A stretch of DNA of 64,000 bases from Chloroflexota bacterium (GCA_016190895.1 JACPPR010000096.1:1625-65624); one strand, 5' to 3'. Shown: positions 33,569-43,580, numbered from the stretch's first letter. Program-made: numbers and translations. Notes: generated by a model not told the origin, from the sequence alone.

Positions 33569-34804
33569 ATGGCAGACCAACAACTGAAAATAGCTATGCT
33601 CAGTGTGCATAGTTGCCCGGTGGGTACTCTGGGTACCAGAGATACCGGCGGCATGAGCGTTTACATAACCGAGTTGGCCAGCGCCCTGGGCAGGCTGGGG
33701 CACCTGGTCGATATCTATACCCGCGTTCACGACCCCAGAGACCGCCAAATCTATGCCCTGGGCCGGGATGTCCAACTGATTCACCTCAAAGCCGGTGAGA
33801 ATGAGCAGATACACAAGCTGGCCGTATACACGCATCTGCCCGATTTTTCTTGCGGAATCGAGGCATTCAGGAAGGAAAATAATCTCCAATATGATATCGT
33901 GTTCAGCCATTACTGGCTCTCCGCCTGGGTGGGGGAATATCTCCAGCAGTGGTGGCACACTCCTCATGTCACCATGTTCCATACCCTGGGGGCGGTGAAG
34001 AACATCACAGGTATCGGAGAAGACGAGCCGGAACTCCGCATCGAGACGGAAAAGGAACTGGCGAGAAACTGCTTCCATATTATTGCGCCGACCGAAAAAG
34101 AAAAAGAGGGGCTGGTGATTCATTACGGCGCTCCCTCGGAGAAAATCAGCATCGTCCCCTGTGGGGTGAATCTGGAGCTATTCAAACCAACCGGGAAAGA
34201 GAAAGCCAAGCGCGAACTGGGTCTTGGCGATGATAAAGTGATACTTTTTGTAGGCCGGATTGAGCCGGTAAAGGGTATCGAACAGCTGGTGCAGGCGATA
34301 CCCCTGTTGCAGAGCGCAAAGAATATCAAACTGGTAATTATCGGCGGCGAGGGCAACAGCCCGTACGAGATGAAGCAACTCAGGCGACTTTGCGGTGAGC
34401 TCGATATCGAGGACAAGGTTGCTTTCTATGGTCTGGTAAAGCAGGACAGGTTGCCCGGTTTTTACAGCGCAGCCGATGTCTGCGTTATTTCATCTTACTA
34501 TGAAAGCTTCGGGCTGGTAGCCCTTGAATCCCTGGCTTGCGGCACGCCGGTGGTGGCTACCGACGTCGGCGGCTCCAGGAGCGTGATTCGTGAGGGAGAG
34601 ACGGGCTATGTAGTAGCCGATAATGAGCCTCACCATCTTGCCGAGAAAATAGATTTGCTCCTTTCCAGGCGCAGCCCCGATATTAACTCCGCCCTGGCGA
34701 TACGGGCATCGGTCAGCAAGTACAGCTGGGATAATATCGCCGAGACGATAGCCAGGGAATTTCAAACGGCGCTGGCTAGCTTTATGGCGCCCGTCCCCCA
34801 CTAG
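33569..34804 (+). CDS. family 4 glycosyltransferase (MshA/BshA-like)
   Basis: KIAMLSVHSCPVGTLGTRDTGGMSVY and C-terminal ESFGLVALESLACGTPVVATDVGG. Confidence 0.85.
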   Translation: MADQQLKIAMLSVHSCPVGTLGTRDTGGMSVYITELASALGRLGHLVDIYTRVHDPRDRQIYALGRDVQLIHLKAGENEQIHKLAVYTHLPDFSCGIEAFRKENNLQYDIVFSHYWLSAWVGEYLQQWWHTPHVTMFHTLGAVKNITGIGEDEPELRIETEKELARNCFHIIAPTEKEKEGLVIHYGAPSEKISIVPCGVNLELFKPTGKEKAKRELGLGDDKVILFVGRIEPVKGIEQLVQAIPLLQSAKNIKLVIIGGEGNSPYEMKQLRRLCGELDIEDKVAFYGLVKQDRLPGFYSAADVCVISSYYESFGLVALESLACGTPVVATDVGGSRSVIREGETGYVVADNEPHHLAEKIDLLLSRRSPDINSALAIRASVSKYSWDNIAETIAREFQTALASFMAPVPH

Positions 34805-34866
34805 ATTATTCTTACCCGAAATGTTGTATAATACGTGATTATTATTTCAATTCAGGGAGGCGTACA

Positions 34867-35607
34867 ATGTTGCCTGAGCAGGCGTATGCGTTGATTTTTG
34901 CCCCGCATCCGGATGATGCCGAGGGGGGCATCGGGGGAACGATGGTGCGCTGGGCCCGGGAAGGCAAGCCCATCGTCCTGGTGATATGCACCAACGGCGA
35001 TAAGGGCACTAACGACCCCAAGATAAAGCCTGCCGACCTGGTAAAAATCCGTGAAGCGGAGCAGAGGACGGCCGCCGAGTGTATGGGCGTGAGGGAGGTC
35101 ATTTTCCTGGGCCATCCCGACCAGAGTCTGCAAGATGAGCCAGGATTCCGAAGAGAGCTTGCCCGCTTGATACGGCTGTACCGGCCGGAAGTGGTGGCGA
35201 CCACCGACCCGGGACGGCGTTATATGACCCACCCCGACCACCGGACGACCGGCCGCGTAGTGCTTGACGCTGTTTCACTCTACTCCCACAATTTGTACGC
35301 TTTTCCTGAGCTGTATTTCGAAGAGGGCCTCGAGCTTCACCGGACGAAGGAGATGCTGCTCTGGGGCGCCGACGCGCCGAACTGCTGCTTGGATATTACC
35401 GATACGTTCGATGCCAAAATGTCTGCCCTGCATTGCCACATTAGCCAGTTCGGACAGCCATCTCCGGAGAGGTCCAAGCGAATGCGGGAGCGCTACAAAC
35501 AGCAGGCTGAAAAAGAGGAGTTCGAGCTGGGTGAATCCTTGCACAGGGTGCAGATGATGGGGCCGCCGCCCCCACCCCCGGCCACGCCACCACCCGCCGA
35601 GAGATAG
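34867..35607 (+). CDS. PIG-L/LmbE-family deacetylase
   Basis: FAPHPDDAEGGIGGT...HPDH motifs. Pro-rich C-terminal tail. Confidence 0.85.
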   Translation: MLPEQAYALIFAPHPDDAEGGIGGTMVRWAREGKPIVLVICTNGDKGTNDPKIKPADLVKIREAEQRTAAECMGVREVIFLGHPDQSLQDEPGFRRELARLIRLYRPEVVATTDPGRRYMTHPDHRTTGRVVLDAVSLYSHNLYAFPELYFEEGLELHRTKEMLLWGADAPNCCLDITDTFDAKMSALHCHISQFGQPSPERSKRMRERYKQQAEKEEFELGESLHRVQMMGPPPPPPATPPPAER

Positions 35608-35617
35608 CTGTAACGTG

Positions 35618-35715
35618 TGTCATTTTCGGTATCGCACGGGCAGGGACGCCCCATATCAAGCCTGCCCTGGAAAGGGTGCGCAGTCCAGGTACGGGGCAGG
35701 CTCTGTGGCACCACA
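35618..35715. repeat. GC-rich intergenic hairpin cluster
   Basis: gtgtcattttcggtatcgcacgggcagggacgcccc...ccaggtacggggcaggc. Same style as the other clusters. Confidence 0.5.
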
Positions 35716-35738
35716 TTAAGAGTAGGTGTTATTTGGTT

Positions 35739-36380
35739 CTAGGAAGTAAGCCAGACGACGTCGCCGCAGAGATTAGAGCCATGAGGGCGAGAGGAAAAGA
35801 CAGCGAATTCCTCCCGCTCTTTCTTTAATACCGTAGAATTGCCGTGCCCCGGAAATATCAGAGTGTCATCCGGAAGGACGAAAATCCTTTCGGTCAGTGA
35901 TTTGAGGAGTTGCTTCAAATCGGCCGGTGTTCTTGTCCGTCCCGGGCCGCCAGCGAAGATGGTATCCCCGGAAAGCAGGTTGCGACCGACCTTAAAGCAC
36001 AGGCTGCCAGGCGTATGCCCCGGCGTATGCAGCACGTTCAACCGGCATTCTCCGACAGCAAGGGTGTTACCATCCTCGAGCGGTATTTCAGGCGCTACCG
36101 GCAGATTTCTTGAGTCCAGGGTGTGGACAGCCAGAGGTACGTTGAGCCGGGAATGCACCTCCGCAAGGGCGCCGGTGTGGTCGGGATGGTTGTGGGTCAG
36201 TAAGATAAATTTAGGCTTGGTTCCCTCCAGCCTTTCAAGAAGCATCTCACTTCCGGCCGGAGTGTCTATCAGGACGCTTGTTCCGGTTTTCAGGCAGACA
36301 ACGATATAGGCATTGGTGCTGTAAGGACCCAGCACCAGCCTCTCGATTCGAAAAGAATTATCCTCGGCTATTATTGTCAT
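35739..36380 (-). CDS. MBL-fold metallo-hydrolase (glyoxalase II-like)
   Basis: LLTHNHPDHTGA...HTPGHTPG. Confidence 0.85.
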   Translation of the reverse strand: MTIIAEDNSFRIERLVLGPYSTNAYIVVCLKTGTSVLIDTPAGSEMLLERLEGTKPKFILLTHNHPDHTGALAEVHSRLNVPLAVHTLDSRNLPVAPEIPLEDGNTLAVGECRLNVLHTPGHTPGSLCFKVGRNLLSGDTIFAGGPGRTRTPADLKQLLKSLTERIFVLPDDTLIFPGHGNSTVLKKEREEFAVFSSRPHGSNLCGDVVWLTS

Positions 36381-36457
36381 TTTAACCTCTTTACGATTAT
36401 ACCACGCTGTCTTAAGCGGGTGTATAATTAGTCTAAATAACTATAGTGAACGGGAAG

Positions 36458-36533
36458 TTTGAGAGGGCGTCAGCCCTCTCAAACAAAACCACTTCCCCCT
36501 CTCCGCAAGCCGAGAGGGGGTCAGGGGGTGAGG
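36458..36533. repeat. ~65-bp GC-rich repeat, family 1 copy B (inverted)
   Basis: Its reverse-complement cctcaccccctgaccccctctcggcttgcggagagggggaagtggttttgtttgagagggc matches 21771..21836. Confidence 0.65.
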
Positions 36534-36534
36534 T

Positions 36535-37041
36535 TTGGAATATATCACTTTCCGGACCGCGATGGGCTGGGTGGGCATATTGGCCTCTGAGAAGGGGTTA
36601 ATGGCGGCCAGCCTTCCGCGCTCTACCGAAAAACAGGCCCGCTTGGAACTGGGCGAAGGTATGGAGCAGGCGGTCTGCTCTCCCCGGCGCTTTGCCGACC
36701 TGTCAACACGCTTTAAGGCGTATTTCAGCGGTGAGAGGGTCGAATTTCCCGATGAGATTGACCTATCGGGGGCGACACCCTTTCAAGGTGAGGTCTGGCG
36801 GACAGCCCGACTCATTTCTTACGGTGAGATGAGGAGCTATCTCTGGATAGCTGAGCGGATAGGAAAGCCGGGGGCGGCGCGGGCGGTGGGGCAAGCTCTT
36901 GGCAAAAATCCTCTTCTTATCATCATCCCATGCCACCGGGTGGTTGCCAGCAATGGGGGGTTGGGTGGCTTCAGCGGCGGACTTCAGGTGAAACGGCGGC
37001 TGCTGGAGATGGAGAATGCTGCCGTCATTGCGAGGGCGTAG
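36535..37041 (+). CDS. ogt: methylated-DNA--protein-cysteine methyltransferase
   Basis: IIPCHRVVASNGGLGGF active-site motif. TTG start. The last codons and the stop lie inside the hairpin repeat. Confidence 0.85.
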   Translation: MEYITFRTAMGWVGILASEKGLMAASLPRSTEKQARLELGEGMEQAVCSPRRFADLSTRFKAYFSGERVEFPDEIDLSGATPFQGEVWRTARLISYGEMRSYLWIAERIGKPGAARAVGQALGKNPLLIIIPCHRVVASNGGLGGFSGGLQVKRRLLEMENAAVIARA

Positions 37042-37095
37042 CCCGAAGCAATCCGTAAGCCCGGGAGCGGATTGCTTCGCTTCGCTCGCAATGAC
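37024..37095. repeat. 72-bp nested hairpin repeat (gtcattgcgag...ctcgcaatgac)
   Basis: The outer arms gtcattgcgag/ctcgcaatgac and inner arms gaagcaatccg/cggattgcttc are complementary. Confidence 0.75.
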
Positions 37096-37097
37096 GT

Positions 37098-37937
37098 TTA
37101 GGACAAGCCCTTTTCAAAGGGTGAAGACTGGGTAGCCCTGTAGAGCCTTTTCTTTGCCTCGGAGACGCCCTTCATTTTCAGATTCAGGAAGTCCAGTTCG
37201 GATTCTTCAATCAGACCGGCGCCGGCGAAGCTGAAATACTTGTTATCGCCGATGATGACGTGGTCCAGGACCTTGATGCGCATGATACTCGAGGCATAGA
37301 TAAGGTCGCGGGTCAGGTCTTTATCACTCTGGCTGGGGTCGGGGTTACCGGAGGGGTGGTTGTGGACGAAGATGAGGGAGATGGCGTTGTGCTTGATGGC
37401 GCCTTCGATAATCTCTCTGGCTGAGACGGAGCTGCTGTTGACCGTGCCTTCAAAGAGGTCTTCGGTTTCGATAATCTGGTTCTGACTGTTCAGGTAAATG
37501 ACTTTGAAGACCTCTTTTCTGAGGTCGCGCATCGAGTGGTAGAGATAGTCGAAAATCTCCTGGGCCGACTTGTAGACCGGCCTATCGATGATTTTCTCTT
37601 TGAGGAATTCCCGGGCGACTTCCTGGGCCAGCTTGATGCCGAAGGCGCTGTGGGCGCCGATGCCCTCGATTTGCTGCAGCTCTTCCAGGGGGGCTTCCAG
37701 GACGCCCCTCAGCGTCTTGAATCTCTTGATGGCTTCCTTTGCCTGGGGCTTGCAGTCGCGGCGGGGGGTGCCCAGGCTCAAAAGCAGTTCGATGATTTCG
37801 TAATCGTGGAAGCCCGCCAGTCCCGACTTGAGGAACTTCTCCCGCAGCCTCTTCCTGTGCCCGGCTGACTTGTCCTGTTTATCCCGAGAGGAGTCGAGGG
37901 GAGCGTTGCCGAGGGATTCGTTATCAGAAAGCGTCAT
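37098..37937 (-). CDS. radC: RadC-family JAB domain protein
   Basis: HNHPSGNPDPSQSD JAMM motif and an N-terminal HhH-like region. Confidence 0.85.
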   Translation of the reverse strand: MTLSDNESLGNAPLDSSRDKQDKSAGHRKRLREKFLKSGLAGFHDYEIIELLLSLGTPRRDCKPQAKEAIKRFKTLRGVLEAPLEELQQIEGIGAHSAFGIKLAQEVAREFLKEKIIDRPVYKSAQEIFDYLYHSMRDLRKEVFKVIYLNSQNQIIETEDLFEGTVNSSSVSAREIIEGAIKHNAISLIFVHNHPSGNPDPSQSDKDLTRDLIYASSIMRIKVLDHVIIGDNKYFSFAGAGLIEESELDFLNLKMKGVSEAKKRLYRATQSSPFEKGLS

Positions 37938-37971
37938 TGGTTTTTCCTTACTGATGAGAATACTAGCACTA

Positions 37972-38820
37972 TTACGTATTTTCGTGTTGAAATCTCTCTG
38001 AATCCTTAATCTTCCACCAACGGAATATTATTGGGTGTCCAGGCAGCAATGTCCCGTTAAATTCGTATCTATTCTCTCCGACTTTCTTTAGCGACATTTG
38101 ATAGTGTTCAACTGATGAGGGTTCAATTTCCAAGCCTTCAAACGCTTTGACGTTTACTAAAGGTTTCTCGGTGGCATATTTAAGGGTCAATATGTGCTCA
38201 TCATTCACGCTCTTCGTTTCCACATAAGTACACCATGTATCCAACGTACCTCCTGGTCCTAATCCGATTTTAGATGGCTTTGTATTTAACCAACGTTTCC
38301 CTTTTTCACATTCAAACTGGTTTTGTTCTTCGCCTGTATCACTCCGCCATCCGAATTCTACTATTCTAGACGGGTTCCCCTCGTGAAACCCTTCATCAAT
38401 ACTTAAACCTGCATAAACATAAACGGTAGAATTTGTAACATTTTTGAGAGTTCGATTTAGAGTAATACTCATGGTTACAAGATCATCACTTAACGGTTCA
38501 ATTTCGCATATTTGAACGTGTTTTGTGGCAACTATCTCTTGGCTATAAACCCATTTGAGTTCTGGTCTTAATTCCTCTGGCAACAAGTATCCCATAGAAG
38601 CTCGAAAAGCATCCTTGGCTAATTGCTTACTAAGCAGTCTTTCCACGGTCAACCCAAGGAAACTCGCAGTAAAGAAGGCAATACCGAAATCCCTCAATAC
38701 GGTAAACAATGTGTTTTCTGCGAACACTGGAAGAAGTATAAATGCTAGGCCAACCAAGAGAGTTGTCACTAGAAAAGTGGTCGAGGTCATCCATCGTTCT
38801 AAACGGTTTTTCCAATCCAT
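37972..38820 (-). CDS. hypothetical membrane protein (AT-rich orphan)
   Basis: 282 aa with two N-terminal hydrophobic helices and no recognisable motif. Visibly AT-richer than the flanking radC and dnaE. Confidence 0.6.
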   Translation of the reverse strand: MDWKNRLERWMTSTTFLVTTLLVGLAFILLPVFAENTLFTVLRDFGIAFFTASFLGLTVERLLSKQLAKDAFRASMGYLLPEELRPELKWVYSQEIVATKHVQICEIEPLSDDLVTMSITLNRTLKNVTNSTVYVYAGLSIDEGFHEGNPSRIVEFGWRSDTGEEQNQFECEKGKRWLNTKPSKIGLGPGGTLDTWCTYVETKSVNDEHILTLKYATEKPLVNVKAFEGLEIEPSSVEHYQMSLKKVGENRYEFNGTLLPGHPIIFRWWKIKDSERFQHENT

Positions 38821-38873
38821 AATTGTTTGACCCCCCTTATCGTCGGAGCCTCTTTTCTCTTTATGTGGAAGGC

Positions 38874-41800
38874 TTACATTATCAGAGTCTCCACCCCCAC
38901 ACCCTCCTCACCCACCAGCTCCACGAGTTGCCGGTGAAGCTCGGGGCTGTAGCCGGTGGTGGTGAGACGGAGCCTTTCCGGCTTATCACCGTTCTCTACC
39001 AGGCTCAGGATAACCTCGTCTTTGCCGGGGAAGCTCTGCAGGACTTCGCCCAGTTTATAGAGGCGGGCGAGGTCGGCGTCCTTATCATCGGTGCGGGTCA
39101 GGCTGATGACGAGGCGGTAGATTTGCGCCGGTGGGGGTGGCTCGGGGGTAACGGATTGTTTCATCCCGATTTCATCGGGACTCGCGATGACGCGCTGCCG
39201 GGGCGGCGATGATTTCACGGCGGGCGGCATCCCGTCAACCGGGGCGGCTGAAACCGACTCCTCTTTTTTGACAGGAACGGCTTCGGGCCGATAGCGCTCC
39301 GCCTTGTCGCAGTTTAGCTGGGCTTTATCATTCCTGACTCTCACTTTGCCCTGGACAATCAGGGTATTGCCCTCTTCCCATAGCTCGCGGGTCGGCTCGT
39401 AGACATTCGACCAGGCGACCACCTCAACCTGCCCGCTGATGTCTTCCAGTGTGGCGCTGACGAAGGGTTTGTGCGTTTTGGTGAACGATGGAACGGCCAT
39501 AGCCACCTCGCCGATAATCGTGATGCTCTGCCCCTCCATCTCCGTTTCAAGCTCTCCGCAGAGAGTGACGGCTGAATTAGCGTTGTTAAGACTGAAGGGC
39601 TGCCTGGAGAATGAGATGCCCAGCAACTCTTTTTCCCAGAGCGCCTTTTCCTTATCGGGGATTTCGATATCGGCCATCTCAAGGGCGGGCATAGGCACGG
39701 CTGTGCTCTGTCCGAAGAGGTCGAACATAGTGGATTGACCAGTTTCCTTCAGGCGTTGCTCCTTCTGGGCCAGCGAGAGAATACTGGGAACGCTGTTGAG
39801 CAGGGTGCCCCGGCTGCCCAGGGAATCAAAGGCGCCCGCCTTTATCAGGCTCTCCAGCACCCGCCTGTTCATATTGCCCAGGTCGCAGCGGCGGCACAAA
39901 TCTTCTATAGACTTGAACTTGCCGCCCTTGATGCGCTCGGCGATAATCGGCGCCACGGCTCCGTAGCCGACATTCTTGACGGCCGCCAGCCCGAAGCGGA
40001 TTGCCGAAGTCAGACCTTCATTCCGTTCGATGGAAAAATTTTCCTGGCTGGACTGCACATCGGGCGGGTTCACGGCAATACCCAAGCGCCGGCATTCGGC
40101 GACGGCGCTGGCCACTTTCTCCGCCTCGCCGGCGTGGGTAATCAGGAAGGCGGTGACATATTCCGCCGGATAGTTCGCTTTGAGATAGGCGGTTTGGTAG
40201 GCGATGAAGGCGTAATTGACGGCATGCGCCTTATTAAAGGCATAGCCGGAGAACGGTTCGATGAGAGCGAAGATTTCTTCAGCAAGCTGGGCCGAAAACC
40301 CTTTTTCCTTAGCGCCGTCAAGAAAATGAGTCTTTTCTTTTTTCATAACCTCGGCTATTTTTTTGCCCATCGCCTTGCGCAGGACATCGGCCTGCCCCAG
40401 ACTGAAGCCGGCAATAGCCCGGGAGATAAAGAGCACCTGCTCCTGATAGACGATAACCCCGTAGGTCGGCTCAAGGATACTCTTCAGGGCAGGATGGGGA
40501 TACTTGATGGGCACCTCGCCGTGTTTGGCCTTGATAAAAGTGGGGATGTGCTCCATGGGGCCGGGGCGGTAAAGGGCGACCATAGCGGCGATATCCCCGA
40601 ACACGGTCGGCTTTAGCTCTTTGATATAGCGGCGCATACCGGAACCTTCCAACTGAAAGACGCCTGTCGTCTGCCCTGCTGAGAGTAGCTCGTAGGTCTT
40701 TTTGTTATCCATCGGGAGATGATGAAGGTCGATATCGATGTTCTGATTCTGACGAATAAGGTCTCTAGCCCTGCCCAGGATGGTCAGGTTTGCCAGGCCG
40801 AGGAAATCCATCTTCAAAAGCCCAATCTGGGCGATGTCCTCCATGCTGAACTGGGTCATTACGATGGCTTCGCCCTCGGTCTGGCTGCCGCCCTTGCTGG
40901 CGAGCTGCAGGGGGACGTGCAGGGTGAGAGGCTCTTTCGAGATGACCACTCCGGCGGCGTGAGTGCTGGCGTGACGGGAAATCCCCTCCACATGCTTTGC
41001 TGAGTCGATTAGCTTGCGGATGGTGGCATCTTCGAGGTAGATAGTTTTTAGCTCGGCGTTCTCATCCATAGCCCGGTTCAAGGTCATACCCGGCGCAGCC
41101 GGCACCAGGCGGGTGACCCTGTCGACATCGCCGTAAGGCATCCCCAGCGCCCGCCCGACATCCCTGAGGGCGGCGCGAGCGCCCAGGGTGCCGAAGGTGA
41201 TAATCTGGGCGACGTGGTCAGCCCCGTATTTCCGCGTGACGTAGGCTATAACCTCATCACGGCGGTCGTCCTGGATGTCGAGGTCGATATCAGGCATCTC
41301 GATGCGTTCCAGGTTCAGGAAACGCTCGGAAACCAGTTCATTTTCAACAGGGTCCATCTCGGTCATACCCAGGCAGTAAAGGACGATGCTGGAAGCGGCG
41401 CTGCCCCTGACGTTGAAGAGGATGCCGCTCCGGCCAGTGAAGGAGGTGATATCCCAGACGACCAGGATGTAATTGGCGAACTGGGTCTGCTTGATGACAG
41501 CCAGTTCCGAATCGAGACGCTCTCTTATTGCCGGGGTTGGGTTGGGATAATGCTTCGGCAAGCCTTCGTAACAGAGGTCGGCAAGGAATTCATCCGGAGT
41601 TTTGCCCTCGGGTATTTCAACCTCGGGCAAATGCAGCCGACCGAACTCAAGCTTGAGGTTGCACATTTCGGCGATGCGCTCCGTGTTTTCCAGCGCTTGA
41701 GGAATATCCCCGAAAAGCTCTTCCATCTCCCCGGGGCTTTTCAAATAGAAGAAATCACTGGACATTTTCAGCCGTTTTTCATCGTTAACGGTAGTATTGG

Positions 41801-42461
41801 TGCCGATGCAGAGGAGCAGGTCGTGATACGGAGCATCCGCCTGATTGATATAGTGGACATCGTTAGTCGCCACCAACGGGATATCAAGCTCGCTGCTTAT
41901 AGCGATAAGCTGTGGGTTTATCTGGTCTAGTTCGGGTATAGGGTATCTCTGGAGTTCCAGGTAGAAGTCACCGAAGGTGTCTTTATACCAGCGGGCAGCC
42001 TGCTTGGCGTCATCGAGGCGTCCCTGCAAAATAAGCTGGGGCACCTCGCCGCCGATGCAGGCGGAGAGGGCAACCAGCCCCTCGCTGTAGCGGGCGAGCA
42101 GTTCCTTGTCCACGCGCGGCTTGTAGTAGAAGCCTTCCAGGTGGGCTTTAGTGGTCAGTTGGATGATGTTGCGGTAGCCGGTCTGGTCTTTTGCCAGCAG
42201 GACAAGGTGGTAATTTTTTTTGTCGATAGCGTTGCGGCTGGTATGGCCGTTCGGAGAGATATATATCTCACAGCCGATGATGGGCTTGATGCCTGCCTTC
42301 CTGGCCTCCTGGTAAAACTGGATGGCGCCGTGCATCACGCCATGGTCGGTGATTGCCAGTGAGTCCATGCCCAGTTCCTTCGCCCGGGCCACAAGCTGGG
42401 GAATGCGGCACATACCATCGAGCAAGCTGAATTCGGTATGGGCATGGAGGTGAGTGAACAT
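38874..42461 (-). CDS. dnaE: DNA polymerase III alpha subunit
   Basis: PHP domain start MFTHLHAHTEFSLLDG, polymerase core and OB-fold. The ORF is open to TTG 42476. It has a ~200-aa C-terminal extension. Confidence 0.9.
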   Translation of the reverse strand: MFTHLHAHTEFSLLDGMCRIPQLVARAKELGMDSLAITDHGVMHGAIQFYQEARKAGIKPIIGCEIYISPNGHTSRNAIDKKNYHLVLLAKDQTGYRNIIQLTTKAHLEGFYYKPRVDKELLARYSEGLVALSACIGGEVPQLILQGRLDDAKQAARWYKDTFGDFYLELQRYPIPELDQINPQLIAISSELDIPLVATNDVHYINQADAPYHDLLLCIGTNTTVNDEKRLKMSSDFFYLKSPGEMEELFGDIPQALENTERIAEMCNLKLEFGRLHLPEVEIPEGKTPDEFLADLCYEGLPKHYPNPTPAIRERLDSELAVIKQTQFANYILVVWDITSFTGRSGILFNVRGSAASSIVLYCLGMTEMDPVENELVSERFLNLERIEMPDIDLDIQDDRRDEVIAYVTRKYGADHVAQIITFGTLGARAALRDVGRALGMPYGDVDRVTRLVPAAPGMTLNRAMDENAELKTIYLEDATIRKLIDSAKHVEGISRHASTHAAGVVISKEPLTLHVPLQLASKGGSQTEGEAIVMTQFSMEDIAQIGLLKMDFLGLANLTILGRARDLIRQNQNIDIDLHHLPMDNKKTYELLSAGQTTGVFQLEGSGMRRYIKELKPTVFGDIAAMVALYRPGPMEHIPTFIKAKHGEVPIKYPHPALKSILEPTYGVIVYQEQVLFISRAIAGFSLGQADVLRKAMGKKIAEVMKKEKTHFLDGAKEKGFSAQLAEEIFALIEPFSGYAFNKAHAVNYAFIAYQTAYLKANYPAEYVTAFLITHAGEAEKVASAVAECRRLGIAVNPPDVQSSQENFSIERNEGLTSAIRFGLAAVKNVGYGAVAPIIAERIKGGKFKSIEDLCRRCDLGNMNRRVLESLIKAGAFDSLGSRGTLLNSVPSILSLAQKEQRLKETGQSTMFDLFGQSTAVPMPALEMADIEIPDKEKALWEKELLGISFSRQPFSLNNANSAVTLCGELETEMEGQSITIIGEVAMAVPSFTKTHKPFVSATLEDISGQVEVVAWSNVYEPTRELWEEGNTLIVQGKVRVRNDKAQLNCDKAERYRPEAVPVKKEESVSAAPVDGMPPAVKSSPPRQRVIASPDEIGMKQSVTPEPPPPAQIYRLVISLTRTDDKDADLARLYKLGEVLQSFPGKDEVILSLVENGDKPERLRLTTTGYSPELHRQLVELVGEEGVGVETLIM

Positions 42462-42480
42462 CGGCCATCCTGTCAAATTT

Positions 42481-42563
42481 CCATTCCGTGCTTGACACGG
42501 AATCCAGAAAAACCCAGCCTCTGCTATTGGCGTTATTCTGGATACCGATTTTCGTCGGTATGG
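42481..42563. repeat. GC-rich intergenic hairpin cluster
   Basis: ccattccgtg-cttga-cacggaatcc ... ataccga-ttttcg-tcggtatgg. It begins and ends like 45065..45182. Confidence 0.6.
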
Positions 42564-42571
42564 GAAACTAT

Positions 42572-42615
42572 GGTTTGACTAGATTATAGCACAGGGGGGA
42601 AGGGTTTGGGTGTAT
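42572..42615. repeat. direct repeat flanking the R-M cassette (left); contains minus-strand TGCTATAAT
   Basis: ggtttgactagattatagcacagggg... versus agtttgcctagattatagcacagggg... at 44989..45030. The minus strand reads TGCTATAAT (42591..42583), upstream of dnaE. Confidence 0.65.
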
Positions 42616-42690
42616 TTTTGAGGACGAAACGCCGTAAATTCGGCCTGCTTTTTGCTGAACGTAGACAGACTCGCCACAGTCTTTAGGTGG

Positions 42691-43557
42691 TTAGACAGCC
42701 AAGTCAAAGGGCAGGTCACTTATGTCTCTGAGCCGCTTGCCCTCTACCATTGACGAGAGAATATCCAGTTGGTCCTGGTTTTTCACTTCCTTGATCGCCT
42801 CCGCGAGTTCCGGCAAAGCAAAATGATAAACGCAGTCGATATCACCGGTGCCGAGTGCCAGCGTTGCGATTCGCGTCGGTAACGGTTCGGCGGTAACGGC
42901 AACTATATGTGGCAGGTGGCCTTTCCTGTTCCTGATCAAGTTTAGAGCTTCGGTTCGAGCATTTTGTGATCTGTCGCTTCTAATGGTCCATTTGCATGAT
43001 ATACTTGCGTGCAAAATTGGTGGCTGCTTGTCAGTATTATTTTGAAGAAACGGGGTTAACTTGGCGATGGTATCTTTAGGGTCAACGATTACACGTGTGC
43101 GGTTTACCTCTCTTCTTGTGACGAGCTTCCTGCCGATAACGATGTCTGGTTTTACGATGTAGTCTCCACCCAAGGCGGAAGACAGCGTTTTGTCCTTTTT
43201 GATAACTTGTTCTAGATAACTCAAATGCTCGTATTGACTGAAACCGGATATTGCTGTTTGGGTTGTCGAATAGTACCATTTCCCAGGGCGTAGATGCTGC
43301 AGAAGAGTGAAGCTTTTTTCTAAGAACTCACAGGTGACCTTTTCAAAAAGACCGCCTGCCGTTTGCTCGCTGATAACTGTATTGTTCGTAACGTAATTCA
43401 ATCGCTTTACTATGCCCAACGCTATGTTGACGCTCGACGTATTATTAGAATCGGCGAAATTAGGGTATTCAGTACCCTTCTTGCTGTCTGTTCTCGTTCT
43501 TATGATGTCTCGGCAAATCTTGCCATGGTATTCCTGCCGAATTTCTATTAGGCGCAT
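42691..43557 (-). CDS. type II restriction endonuclease (NgoMIV/Cfr10I-like family)
   Basis: The 288-aa ORF sits directly downstream of the MTase. HASISCKWTIRSDRSQN resembles the S/E-x-K catalytic region of this family (from memory). RBS CAGGAG. Confidence 0.6.
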   Translation of the reverse strand: MRLIEIRQEYHGKICRDIIRTRTDSKKGTEYPNFADSNNTSSVNIALGIVKRLNYVTNNTVISEQTAGGLFEKVTCEFLEKSFTLLQHLRPGKWYYSTTQTAISGFSQYEHLSYLEQVIKKDKTLSSALGGDYIVKPDIVIGRKLVTRREVNRTRVIVDPKDTIAKLTPFLQNNTDKQPPILHASISCKWTIRSDRSQNARTEALNLIRNRKGHLPHIVAVTAEPLPTRIATLALGTGDIDCVYHFALPELAEAIKEVKNQDQLDILSSMVEGKRLRDISDLPFDLAV

Positions 43558-43580
43558 GAGATTCTCCTGAGAATAAAGAA

